DNA of 19,682 nucleotides. Source: Octopus sinensis. Its lineage: Eukaryota. Location of the stretch: positions 1 through 19,682 of the forward strand of contig NW_021824225.1 in assembly GCF_006345805.1 (NCBI RefSeq), written 5' to 3'. The first letter of the stretch is position 1; every line of letters begins with the position of its first letter. Shown one piece after another: positions 1-10,565 of the stretch. Both the position numbers and the translations under genes were made by a program. The notes under the pieces were generated by a model, which searched no databases, had not been told where the DNA came from, and saw only the letters and a list, made by a program, of their open reading frames with translations.

Positions 1-104
1 TATGTATGGGATTATGCATGTAGATAGGTAGATAGGTACTTACGTACGTTCGTACGCACCTATGTATATACGTATGTATGTAATATATCGTACAGTGTAT
101 AATC

Positions 105-318
105 TTTGTGTTTGTCCCTAACCACCGCTTAACAACGTGTTGGTTTGTATGTTTTTCTTCTCCTTCACTTAGCCGTTAAGCAAAATGGAACGATGGAATA
201 ATTACCAGGCTTCAAAATAAGTACGGCATGGGCGATTTGTTCAAATAAATAACATTAAGGCAGTGCAACAGCATGGCCGCAATTCAAAGACTAAAGCAAT
301 GAAAGATGAAAGATAAAA
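105..318 (+). mobile_element. Decayed 3' half of Octopus-type SINE family B
   Basis: Degenerate copy of the better-preserved sequence at 1015-1214 (ccaccgcttaacaac..., cttagccgtt...gcaaaa, aaggcagtg-caacagcatggccgca, purine-rich tail). Confidence 0.6.
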
Positions 319-581
319 ATTAATTAATTTTCTTTAAAACCCCGATGAACCCTAATCGAGCAAACTTATCTTCCACCTGTGTATTCAGACATGAGTTTCT
401 ACAAAATTTCGCGACCGCTAGAGCTATAATATTTGAATCTGACGTGTACTTCGCTTTTTTGAAAGGGTCTGATTCAGTTTTGTTAAGGGATGCATTGTGG
501 GAGGTGGCTGTAGCAGTATTTATGCAAAACAGAAAAAGTCGATTGATTAATTCGTTTGGTATTTTAATTATTAATTGAATA

Positions 582-817
582 TATAGGGCGTCGACTGCGC
601 AGAATCGTTAGTACGCCGGATGAAATGCTTAGTGGCACTTCGTTGATCTTTACGCCCCGAGTTCAAATTCCATCAAAGTCGACTTTGTCTTTCATGCTTT
701 CGAGGTCGATAAATAAGTACCAGTTTGAGCACTAAGGTCGATGCAATCTACTTACTCACTTCGTCGAAATTGTTGGCCTTGTGCTAAATTTTTGGTCTTG
801 TGCTAAAATTTGGAAAC
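582..817 (+). mobile_element. tRNA-derived SINE family A monomer with 16-bp target-site duplication
   Basis: Homologous to 5020-5417 (gcagaatcgttagtacgcc, gagttcaaattcc B-box-like motif, gtcgactttgtctttcatgctttcgaggtcgataaataagtaccag, cgaaattgttggccttgtgc). Flanked by an exact direct repeat AATTATTAATTGAATA at 566-581 and 818-833. Confidence 0.8.
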
Positions 818-842
818 AATTATTAATTGAATACATATATAT

Positions 843-943
843 CCCGGGTACAATCACACTGCGTGGCACTTTGGACACTTTGATCTATTACTATAGCCCT
901 GTGAGTAGATTTGGTAGACGGAAATTGAAAGAATCTCGTCATA

Positions 944-994
<51 letters not shown>

Positions 995-1214
995 ATGTAT
1001 GTTTGTGTGTGTCTGTGTTTGTGCCCCACCATCGCTTGACGACCGATGCTGGTGTGTTTACGTCCCCGTGACTTAGCGGTTCGGCAAAAAGACACTGATA
1101 GAATAAGTACTAGGCGTACAAAGAATAAGTCCTGGGGTCGATTTGTTCGACTAATGGCGGTGCTCCAGCATGGCCGCAGTCAAATGACTGAAATAAGTAA
1201 AAGAATAAAAGAAT
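843..1214 (+). mobile_element. 5'-truncated SINE family B (OR2/CORE-like Octopus SINE) with internal (TG)n
   Basis: Order is actgcgtggcactttgg...ctatagcc...gtgagtagatttggtagacggaaa, then (TG)n, then ccaccatcgcttgacgaccgatgctggtgtgtttacgtcccc...ggtgctccagcatggccgcagtcaaatgactgaaa and an (A/G) tail. Further copies at 10950, 13014, 17631 and 19110. The family name is recalled, not aligned. Confidence 0.85.
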
Positions 1215-1339
1215 CGCATAAAAATAACTATTCTTTTTATCAGGTTTTCATTAATATCAAAAGTTTTTCGATATAGCATTCATTGCAAGAAAGAAAGAAT
1301 AGTTTCTAATACCGACGTTACTGCCCTTAGCGCTATCTG

Positions 1340-1865
1340 TCTATGCATGTATGTACGTACATATGCATGTATTTGTGCATGTATGTATGTATTTATGTAT
1401 CATTTATGTACGTGTATACGAGTGTGTTGTGTGTGCGCGAAAATGACAATACACAAAACGGAAGGAAGTCCAAACAGAAACAAAATATCTTTAATACTAG
1501 AACATATATATCTGTGAGGCATGGTGTATTTGTGCATATGTGTGTACAAGTATTGTGCATATGTATCGTTACAACATTCGGTCTAGCTCTCACCTTCACC
1601 CTCTCTCTCTCTCTCTGTATGTATTTAAATATACACAAATATATATATACATACATACATATGTGTGTATAGATGTGTATATATATATATATGTGTGTGT
1701 ATGTATGTATGTATATATATATTTATTTATATGTATGTATATGTATGTATAAACACACATATATCTGCATATATATATATATATATACATAAATACACAT
1801 ACACACACACACAAACATATATATGCCAGTATGAGTTTGTATGTATGTATATACATATGTACTTA
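1340..1865. repeat. Compound (TA)n/(TATG)n/(TG)n/(CT)n microsatellite region
   Basis: Visible simple repeats; the overlapping ORFs are Y/I/V/C/M repeat translations. Confidence 0.9.
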
Positions 1866-2269
1866 TACAAAATCTGTTTACGTATTTCCCCTTTATTTGA
1901 TTCAATTTCAGAATTTTCGAATTCTCCAAATAAACCCCGGAGAATTCCAACCTACATCCTGGTAGTTTTCTGTAGAGAAGGACAAGAGTCCAAGGAGTAG
2001 GGGCGGATAGGATAATGGGAAGGCGCATGGATACAGCAGTGTAGGGAAATCACGTACTGAACTACCGAAGGACGGAAGGGTGACCTGAAGGTTCAAGCTA
2101 TTAACCCGAAATACCTCAAATATTCTTCAACGTTCTTGGCTATTTTTGTCTTCGTTTTCCTTTTTTACCAATGACCTCTCTGCCTAGTAATATCTACTGT
2201 CATCTTGCATATATTCTTCTTCTTCCGGCAGCGCCAATTCCACAGTCGTCGCCAGCACTCGCGCATTCT

Positions 2270-2510
2270 CCTACTCCCACTACCACCATCATTACTACTA
2301 CCACCACCACCACCACTACCATACAACCACTGCGACTACCTTCATTAGAAATCTCAACGAATTATTGTTTTCCCTACAGAACTTCTATGAAAATATCAAC
2401 GAAACGAACCCAATTATTTGTTGTTGTTGTTTATATTGTTGCTGCTATCACTGTTCATGTTGTTTTTGTTGCTGCTGTTGTTGTTGTTGTTGTTGCTTTT
2501 TTATATATAT
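2270..2510. repeat. Degenerate (ACC/ACT)n and (GTT)n triplet tracts
   Basis: cactaccaccatcattactactaccaccaccacc (2278-2320) and gttgttgttg tracts (2419-2500). Confidence 0.8.
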
Positions 2511-2859
2511 ATTTTGCTGGTTGCCAAATTGAAGAAAATGGCGAATAAGTATAACAGAACGGGAGTATGGAGGTAGGTGACCACCCCCACCCAGCCCCAG
2601 CCCCGCCGGAGACCGTTTACAATATCAGTTCGGGTCTTGTATACATACGAACTATGCACGTAAACAAGGTGGTACGTACAAACACATAGACTTATTAAAC
2701 ACAGACACGCAGAAACCAACAAGATGGGCGCGCGCGCACCCAACACATACGCGCACATACACACATACGCCCGTACGCAGGCATTCAGATGAACGCACTC
2801 ACAAATACAAACACACACACACGGGAAACGCACACAGCATGATGAGGAACAGTAGGGAA

Positions 2860-3790
2860 AATGATGATGGTGATGATGACATGATTGAGGAGGAAGAGGA
2901 GGAGGAGGAGGAGAGGAGGAGGAGGAGGAGGAGGAGGAGGAGGAGGAGGAGGAAGAGGAGGAGGAGGGGGAGGAGTGGTGAAGATGGTGATGATGATGAT
3001 TGCGATGATGACGACGACGGCTGTGATGATTTTGGCGTTGATGGTAGTGGAAATGGTATTTGTGTTGGTAACCGAGGTAAGGATAATGGGTTGTAGGCGG
3101 AGGAGAGGTGATGGCTTTGATGATCATCGTAATGAGAAGGAGGAGGAGAAGGAGCAAGAGGTGGGGCAGGAGGAGCAGGAGGAGCAGGAAGAAAGTGGCG
3201 ATGACGGTGATGACGGCGATGACGATGGATATGATGATGGTGGTCATGATGATGGCAATAGTGATAATGATATTGATGATGATGATGATGACGACGACGA
3301 CGACGATACCATGATGATGATGATGAAAATGAAAATGATGATGATGGCGATGAGGATGATGAGGATGAGGATGATGACGATCATAATGATGGTGATGGTC
3401 ATGACGATGATGACGATGATGATAATGATGGCAACGATGATGAGAATGATGAGGTTGATGATGATGACTATCAGTAACGATGGTGATGATGATGATGATG
3501 ATGATGATTCAGGTTACAATGGTGCTGGTGGAGAGGATGTGGACGAGGAGAGAAAATGAAAATAATGATGCCTGTATGATGAAAATAATGCAGAGTGGGG
3601 AAGAGGAGAAGGAAGGGCAGAAGAAGGAGGAGGAGAACAGTGATGATGATTGGAGAGAGGGTAAAAAAATTGATGATGATGATGATGATGATGATGATGA
3701 CGACGACGACGACGACGATGACGAGGAAAATGATGATGATGATGATGATGATGATAATGATGATGATGACGACGACGATGAACACGTTGA
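2860..3790. repeat. About 0.9-kb mosaic of (GAT)n/(GAC)n/(GAG/GGA)n triplets
   Basis: Continuous purine-rich triplet repeats; the Asp/Glu phase shifts several times and contains stops. Confidence 0.9.
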
Positions 3791-4030
3791 TTATAGCGAT
3801 ACTAATAAAAACTATGACGAAATCGATTTTTTTAAGCGATGCAAATATTTGAGCTGATTGGTGAATGGAGCGAGAGCGTATGTGTAGAGGAGGGCAATGG
3901 GGTGAGGTATTGAAAGGGGGTAGAGGAGTTTGTCTTTTGGTTTTCCTGTCGGGAATATATTTTATAGTATTATTTCCAATAATCGAACTTTGTAAGTAAT
4001 TCACTTACAAATCGATTTTATTCGGTTACG

Positions 4031-4960
4031 TAGTCACTCAGTCACTCAGTCGCTCAGTCACTTTGTTGCTTAGTTACGCTTGTAGCACCGGTCACTTGGT
4101 CACTTGGTCACTTGGTCACTTGGTCATTTGGTCATTTGGTTGCTTGGTTATCGTAGTAGTACCGGTCACTTGGTCACTTAGTCATTTGGTCATTTGGCTG
4201 CTTGGTTATCCTAGTAGCACCGGTCACTTGGTCACTTGGGTATTTGGTCATTTGGTCATTTGGTTGCTTGGTTATCCTAGTAGCATCGGTCACTTGGTCA
4301 CTTGGGTATTTGGTCATTTGGATGTTTGGTTATCCTAGTAGCACCGGTCACTTGGTCACTTGAGCATTTGGTCATTTGTTTGCTTGTTTATCCTAGTAGC
4401 CCCGGTCACTTGGTCACTTGGGTATTTGGTCATTTGGTCATTTGGTCATTTGGTTGCTTGGTTATCCTAGTAGCACCGGTCACTTGGTCACTTGGGTATT
4501 TGGTCATTTGGCTGCATGATTATCCTAGTAGCCCCGGTTATTTGGTCACTTGGGCACTTGGGCATTTGGTCATTTGGTTGCTTGTTTATCCTAGTAGCAC
4601 CGGTCACTTGGTCACTTGAACATTTGGTCACTTGCTTTCTTGGTATCCTAGTAGTAGTGGGCATCTGGTCACTCGGATATTTGGTCACTTGGTTGCTTAA
4701 TAGCATTTCTTGAATACTTAGTTGCTTAGGCCCTCTCAGAACCTGGTTCGGGGTTTACTTGTTAGCTCAATTACACGGCCTGCTTCGTTACCCTGTTGCC
4801 TTATTGAACTGTCGTTTGGTTTCTCGGTTATGTTTTGTAGCCAGATTGCTTGCTAACTTAATTGCTTGGTTATGCTGGGAGACTTGTTACTAAGTCACTT
4901 GGTTGCTTGGTTATCTAAGGAACAATGTTTCGTGGTTGCTTGGTGAAGTTGGTAGCCAGG
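4031..4960. repeat. Hierarchical minisatellite: 8-mer GGTCA(C/T)TT units punctuated by 18-mer GGTTATCCTAGTAGCACC
   Basis: Nine 18-mer copies (the last degenerate) start at 4146, 4204, 4270, 4328, 4386, 4460, 4518, 4584 and 4642. Spacings are 58, 66, 58, 58, 74, 58, 66 and 58 (=18+8n). Decayed ggttgcttggttat remnants continue to about 4960. Confidence 0.9.
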
Positions 4961-5019
4961 CTACATTAGCATGAAGACATGATAACATTAGTTGCTTTAT
5001 AATTTATTACACTAGTTAA

Positions 5020-5417
5020 GGCGGTGATCTGGCAGAATCATTAGCACGCCGGGCGAAATGCTTAGCGGTATTTCGTCTGCCGCTACGTTCTGAGTTCAAA
5101 TTCCGCCGAGGTCGACTTTGCCTTTCATCTTTCCGGGTCGATTAAATAAGTACCAGTTACGCACTAGGATCGATATAATCGACTTAATCCGTTTGTCTGT
5201 CCTTCTTTGTCCCCTCTGTGTTTAGCCCCTTGTGGGTAGTAAAGAAATAGGTATTTCGTTCGTCTTTGCGTTCTGAGTTCAAATTCCGCCGAGGTCGACT
5301 TTGCCTTTTATCCTTTCGAGGTCGATTAAATAGGTACCAGTTGAACGCAGGGGCAGATGTAATCGAGTTATCCTCTCGCTCGAAATTGTTGGCCACGTGC
5401 CAAAATTTGAAACCAAT
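5020..5417 (+). mobile_element. Dimeric tRNA-derived SINE family A (OK/OR1-like Octopus SINE)
   Basis: A-box-like tggcagaatca and B-box-like gagttcaaattcc. The block cgttctgagttcaaattccgccgaggtcgactttgcc...gtcgattaaata(a/g)gtaccagtt occurs twice (about 5085-5160 and 5270-5342). Confidence 0.9.
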
Positions 5418-5498
5418 ATTCTTTGTAAATTATTAACTTCACAGATTTGTCATGTTAGGGGACAAAAATCTAATCATTGTTAAAAAGTTGGGTGACAA

Positions 5499-5542
5499 CT
5501 ACGGAAATATTTCAGCCTCATTAGACCTTCATCAGCAAAAGC
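5499..5542 (-). ncRNA. Decayed minimal hammerhead-like motif (probable Penelope-like terminal relic)
   Basis: Minus strand reads CTGATGA-A-GGTCT-AATG-AGGCT-GAAA-TATTTC. Both core boxes are intact, but stem II is wobble-rich and stem I is largely lost. Confidence 0.3.
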
Positions 5543-5729
5543 ATAGACCAACCTCGACGGCTGATTTGATTAATGGATAAAAGATTTTACGAGTAGAAAA
5601 AGAGTTACGAAAACGTGTGAGCAGTATAATACAAGGTGCATTCAAGAAGTTTTGAGACTTTTCCCAGGAGAATCATTCATTAACTCCAAAGCGATACAAA
5701 GCTTTAATCTCTTTCAAAGTAGGATTTTG

Positions 5730-6077
5730 TAATATATATATACATACATACATACATACATACATACATACATACATACATACATACATACATACGTACA
5801 TGCATACATATATATGTGTGCGCGTGTGTGTGTCTGTGTATAAACATATGCGTGTAAGACAGCGCATTCAGAGACACACTCACATATGTAGCTATATACC
5901 TGCTCATATGTATGTAGAAATGGGCATATGCATGTGTATATATGGGTGTGTGTATGTGTGTGTTTGTGTGCGCATGGATGCATGTATGTATGTATATGTA
6001 GGTGCGTGTGTGTGTGTTTGTACGCATATTTACATGCATAGGTACGTCCATGCACTCATACATACATACATACATAC
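5730..6077. repeat. (TACA)n/(TG)n/(TA)n compound microsatellite
   Basis: Visible simple repeats. Confidence 0.9.
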
Positions 6078-6350
6078 ATTATTATTATGGCTGCCCCCTC
6101 GTTATCGAGTATGGCCATTGCACGAAGCTTAACTGTTACTGGTGCTGTGATCGAATGTGACTTTTTAGCCCACCCAAAGATCTACAATGACTTGTACAGA
6201 ATTGGCAACTAAAACCTTTACCGGTAATAGCCGGCTGTAGTTGTAACTGGGCTTCATGTACCTTTGCATGTCGTTTAAGTCCTCCTGCCGAATTACACTC
6301 TCTTCCACATGCCCGACAGATATGATTAGTATGGTGTGTAACACCACCAC
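6078..6350 (-). mobile_element. 5'-truncated RTE-type non-LTR retrotransposon 3' end (two C-terminal C2H2 fingers, short 3' UTR, (TAA)n tail)
   Basis: Translation HICRACGRECNSAGGLKRH...H and FSCQFCTSHCRSLGGLKSHIRSQH, with stop at 6136-6138. About 50-nt 3' UTR containing hairpin CTCG-ATAA-CGAG and ending GGCAGCC-ATAATAATAAT, typical of RTE-clade ends. No splice acceptor upstream. Confidence 0.75.
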
Positions 6351-6485
6351 ATACATACATACATACATACATACATACATACATACATACATACATACAT
6401 ACATACATACATACGTACGTACATACATACATACATACATGCCTTCATACATGCATGCATAAACACAGACAAACATGCAAACAGA
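6350..6485. repeat. (CATA)n microsatellite
   Basis: Visible simple repeat. Confidence 0.9.
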
Positions 6486-6792
6486 CAGAATATAAACAGC
6501 TGGAGATAGAAAAAGAAATCAATACCAAAAACCCATCTCAAGTTTCCCACCTTACACACCATTAATCGGCAAGAGAAAGACTATATTTAGAGATTTCGTT
6601 GTTGTCAGACATGATGTGGTTATTGCAAAATGGAAAGCAAACAATACAAAGTAGAATCGGGGCGAGGCAAACATGGCGTCACGCTGAAATATTACAATAT
6701 TCCAGTGGGGTAAACGTCATAATAAAAGAGTTCTGCTCATACTAAAATTACGATTTAGAATCGTTTTAAAGAATGTAGAGTAACTTATGTAA

Positions 6793-6827
<35 letters not shown>

Positions 6828-7017
6828 ATGAATAGATATTCTATGAAATACATCACGAGGTGTTCTTATGATTCCGGTTTATACTCGATAAAAATTGTTA
6901 CGAAAATATCGGCGTTGGAGCGTAAAGTAACTAACGTAAGCAGCATGATGGAAAAACAAATCAAGGCATGTGTAGTATACGTGTGAAACAAGTGTGTAAC
7001 GGGAGATGTGGTTTGAT

Positions 7018-7061
<44 letters not shown>

Positions 7062-7299
7062 GTGTGTGTGTGCGAGTGTGCGTGTGTGTGTACGAGTGTG
7101 CGTGCTAAAATAAATATATAGCAATAGAAACAGGCCAAAATTTGGGTTCAACTTTATATATAATGGTATGTATACATATACATACATATGTGTGTATATA
7201 TATGCGTGTGTGTATGCGTGTATGCATATGTATATGTATATATATATATATATCAAGAATAATCTTACTTAGAAATGGATGCGTGCGTTCCGTCATATA

Positions 7300-7589
7300 A
7301 TAAATTAGTAAATAAAACATATGCATATATACATATATGTACGTACCTACCTCTACATGTATATATACATGCATATATGGGTACAGGACACGTCGAACAC
7401 AATGAGGAACGAAAACATAAACACAAAACCAAGGAAATGGACATTTTTCTTAAACAACGAAAAAATAGAGTACAGGACAAATAACACAAAGAAAATTCCC
7501 CTTCTTCAGTCACCATGGTTTCATCTACTCTGCGTTAGGTACGTACATATATGTATGTATATATGCATATGTTTTATTTATTAATTTAT
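7300..7589. repeat. Inverted repeat, about 50-bp arms around a 186-bp spacer
   Basis: 7300-7349 and the reverse complement of 7536-7589 differ by one substitution and one 4-bp indel. Confidence 0.85.
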
Positions 7590-8199
<610 letters not shown>

Positions 8200-8382
8200 A
8201 ATATTTTAAATATACCTTGAATGGTCATTTTACTTACTGGACACTATTTGGTGAAATTAATTAATAATTAATTGATTTTACCCTTTTATTATTGATATAT
8301 ATATATATATATATATATATATTGATAAAAACGGTAAGACAACAAAAGAAAGAGACCTCGATATTATGTAACTAGAGGAATT

Positions 8383-8467
8383 TATCTGTAAATGTAATAT
8401 GTGGCTACCGAATAATTGACGAATATGTAATCATGGCTACCGAATAATTGTCACATATTACATTTAC

Positions 8468-8472
<5 letters not shown>
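8383..8472. repeat. 21-bp perfect inverted repeat enclosing a 17-bp direct repeat
   Basis: tatctgtaaatgtaatatgtg (8383-8403) pairs with cacatattacatttacagata (8452-8472); tggctaccgaataattg occurs at 8402-8418 and 8434-8450. Confidence 0.85.
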
Positions 8473-8528
<56 letters not shown>

Positions 8529-8533
8529 ATATA

Positions 8534-8930
8534 CTAGCAGTATCGCCCGGCGTTGCTCAGGTTTGTTTCGACCCTTTAGAATTGGAATTTTTGAAAAGTA
8601 TAGATTTTGCATTATGTAGCTTGTTATTCTCTTTAAGTGAACATTCTTCTGGTTGAAATACACCGAAAAATGGCGACACAGCTGTCAAAAAATCGTAAAA
8701 AATAGGGATTTTCATAGAAAAAAAGCACTTTTTATGTAAATAATTTTTGGTGTTAACATGGTCCGATTTGAATTTTTTCTTCTACGGAAGAAAGAGCAAG
8801 CCTTCTTCTATCATACTCTCAACTTTGGTCAACTTGCGCCGCAGGGTCTCGGAGGAGATAGTGTTAGTTGAAGGCTACCAAACTTGCCATATACAGACAA
8901 CTTCAGCTTTATATATATATATATATATAT
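8534..8930 (-). mobile_element. Non-autonomous Helitron-like element
   Basis: Minus-strand 3' end CCTGAGCAACGCCGGG (imperfect GC-rich hairpin)-CGATACTG-CTAG followed by T. The other end runs into (TA)n after aagctgaagttgtctg, where the expected 5' TC is not seen. Resembles Lep1-type Helitron architecture. Confidence 0.55.
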
Positions 8931-9028
8931 AAGTTCAAATAAAGGTTACAAACCACATTGAGGAATAATAAAATCCAGTAAATATACTGGTTAGTTACCT
9001 ATTTAAAAAGTGTTGAATATTACAATAA

Positions 9029-9548
9029 CCGTAAATCCTCGAGTATAATCCGCATTTTTTCCCCTAAATTTAAAGGTCAAGATGCCTTGTGCGTATTATA
9101 TATGAGGTTAAAAATGAAAATTATTTTCTAAGCAATATCCGAGTCTCTATTTGCTGTCTGGCTATGTTTATTCAGATGCATTTTATGATGTTGGAGGCGA
9201 AACTACCTTAAGCCAATCCTGAAAACAATGAAGTCATAAAAGGATCATCCATAACTTGCAGTAAGCAACATTTATTAAACGTTATTGCTGTTATTACTGT
9301 TATTTCTTTATTTTCTACAAACAAAATGCACAAAAAAGCTACATGTTTGCATTATGTTATACATACAATAATAATAAAGGACTTTACCGCATACATTTTT
9401 ACAAACCAAGGACGTTATATAGACCTCCTTGACTCAAGTTAGAGAGGGGGTGCGTATTATACACAAGGTTTAAGTTTTTCAAAGGTTCAGCTCCCTAAAA
9501 TCCCTTGCGTATTATACTCAAGGGCGGAATATACTCGAGGATTTACGG
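9029..9548. mobile_element. 520-bp MITE, Tc2/pogo-like (Tc1/mariner superfamily)
   Basis: 25-bp TIRs CCGTAAATCCTCGAGTATA(A/T)TCCGC at 9029-9053 and 9524-9548 (one mismatch). Right flank is TA and left flank AA. Internal tgcgtattata repeats near 9090, 9450 and 9506; no ORF. Confidence 0.85.
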
Positions 9549-10056
9549 TATTCCTTCAGATTTACTACTACCCACCTAAGAGGCATTTACAAAGAAATAT
9601 AGAGGGAGACAGACTATTTAAAGACTATGGAAATATCTACAAAACATTTCACTTAATTTTTTCTCCAATTTAATTGTTTTTCTTATGGGTGTGTGTGCGT
9701 GCGTGTGTGTGTGTGTGTGTATGTATTATGTATATGTAACACAAACTCTTGAGTTTCGGCAAATTGGTGTTTGTCAGATTATGGGTAGAAGGAGAAGTAA
9801 ACCCAGTGAGTAAATTCTCAAGAAGTTTGAAGGCAAGAATGACGTGTTCTCAACATACTTAGTGGCAGTTTCGCGTAAGGGCAGAAGCTTTTGTAATACC
9901 GGTAGAGAAAAGAAATAGGATGTATACATGACATTGAAGCCAGGGATCTCGTAGACATGAGGACGGAAGCAGTTTGAGTCCGAACCGTCTAATATTATAA
10001 TTTCTGTAATATAAGAATTAAACATTATCGTTCCTCTATTTCTACTCGTCTCGCCA

Positions 10057-10106
<50 letters not shown>

Positions 10107-10326
10107 ATATTTTCTTCCTTTTTCTGTGCTTCTTTCTTTCCTTTTTTTAACATTCTTTCGCTGTCTTTGAGCGTGCGTTCAAGCATTGCATCTATAGATT
10201 TATGTAAAACATACATACAAACACACACGCATAAGCATTTTACTCTACCACTGGTATTTGAGTACTCTTTTTTCCACCTTGTTTCACATTTATGTGTTTA
10301 CTCCGGTATATATATATATATATATG

Positions 10327-10357
<31 letters not shown>

Positions 10358-10438
10358 GACACATATATACATGTACATACATACAGATATATGTATATGC
10401 ATATATGTATATATATATGTATTTGTATACATATATTT

Positions 10439-10486
<48 letters not shown>

Positions 10487-10565
10487 GTATAAATATATGT
10501 ATACAAATACATATATATATACATATATGCATATACATATATCTGTATGTATGTACATGTATATA

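Noticed and set aside
341-375. Hammerhead-like CCGATGAACCC...GAGCAAAC
   Set aside because: Both core boxes would need substitutions and the stems are not supported.
1880-1970. Minus-strand candidate exon after a good acceptor (ctcttgtccttctctacag)
   Set aside because: The donor is weak (GTAAAC) and the peptides are unrecognised in all frames.
2839-3857. Asp/Glu-rich acidic protein
   Set aside because: The acidic phase switches frame repeatedly and meets stops (for example 3094-3096 and 3475-3477); no single long acidic frame or clear splice sites.
4090-4640. Nuclear-receptor direct-repeat elements (GGTCA every 8 bp)
   Set aside because: Half-sites are TGGTCA rather than RGGTCA and follow trivially from the repeat unit.
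4090-4660. CRISPR-like array (constant 18-mer with variable-length spacers)
   Set aside because: The spacers are near-identical octamer repeats rather than unique sequences; no cas genes; eukaryotic context.
5020-5110. tRNA gene (A/B boxes; also 13110-13182)
   Set aside because: No cloverleaf; these are SINE heads.
5630-5660. Mariner-like TIR start (TACAAGGTGCATTCAAGAAG)
   Set aside because: No matching opposite TIR or transposase remnant found in the window.
6136-6320. Host C2H2 zinc-finger gene exon
   Set aside because: No TGEKP linker or upstream acceptor, and it is followed by an RTE-type 3' UTR and (TAA)n tail.
9774-10025. 83-aa minus-strand ORF
   Set aside because: No recognisable similarity and no convincing splice pair.
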